Assembly: GCA_028534125.1 (NCBI GenBank) | Contig: CM052816.1 | Coordinates: 23,190,001 to 23,254,000, forward strand | Reading direction: 5' to 3' | DNA from: Lama glama | Lineage: Eukaryota | Length of the DNA stretch: 64,000 nt | Shown: piece by piece, positions 63,931 through 64,000 of the stretch | Layout of the letters: the number at the start of each line of letters is the position of its first letter | How positions within the stretch are numbered: the stretch's first letter is position 1 | Notes under the pieces: model-generated | Told to the model about the DNA's origin: nothing | Seen by the model: the letters and a program-made list of their open reading frames with translations, nothing else | The model's database searches: none | Position numbers and translations under genes: made by a program

Positions 63931-64000
63931 ATGTAATTGAAGCCCAAGTACTTTCTGTACTAAGAGGTTCATCTCAACACTGTGCTTCCTAAGATGGTAA

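Noticed and set aside
1..64000. Prokaryotic-type systems (CRISPR arrays, operons, defence islands)
   Set aside because: The sequence is intron- and retroelement-rich mammalian DNA, with no regularly spaced repeat-spacer array or dense ORF cluster.

Overview
Mammalian genomic DNA, very probably camelid judging by the young tRNA-derived SINEs. It carries three assembly gaps: 500 N at 13161-13660, 100 N at 29072-29171 and 500 N at 58513-59012. Two genes lie on the minus strand. The first is a complete three-coding-exon MINAR2 (KIAA1024L; 56625-56458, 46803-46576, 42902-42723; 191 aa, C-terminal transmembrane anchor). The second is a single internal thrombospondin type-1 repeat (TSP1) exon of ADAMTS19 (59209-59074). 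The remaining 3' exons of ADAMTS19 are absent, and only a 500-N gap sits where they should be. Positions 1-41 kb are intergenic and full of ERV-L/MaLR, L1, L2, MIR, hAT and SINE relics. The most interesting non-annotated signals are a candidate upstream MINAR2 exon that would add an in-frame N-terminal extension (MLIAVRK|MKGD-MDLSV...), a divergent/convergent set of CTCF-like motifs, the missing ADAMTS19 3' end, and a 70-bp local duplication flanking an unidentified segment. I found no convincing evidence of a wholly new biological system. Repeat family names and human comparisons are from memory, and repeat boundaries are approximate unless target-site duplications (TSDs) are given.
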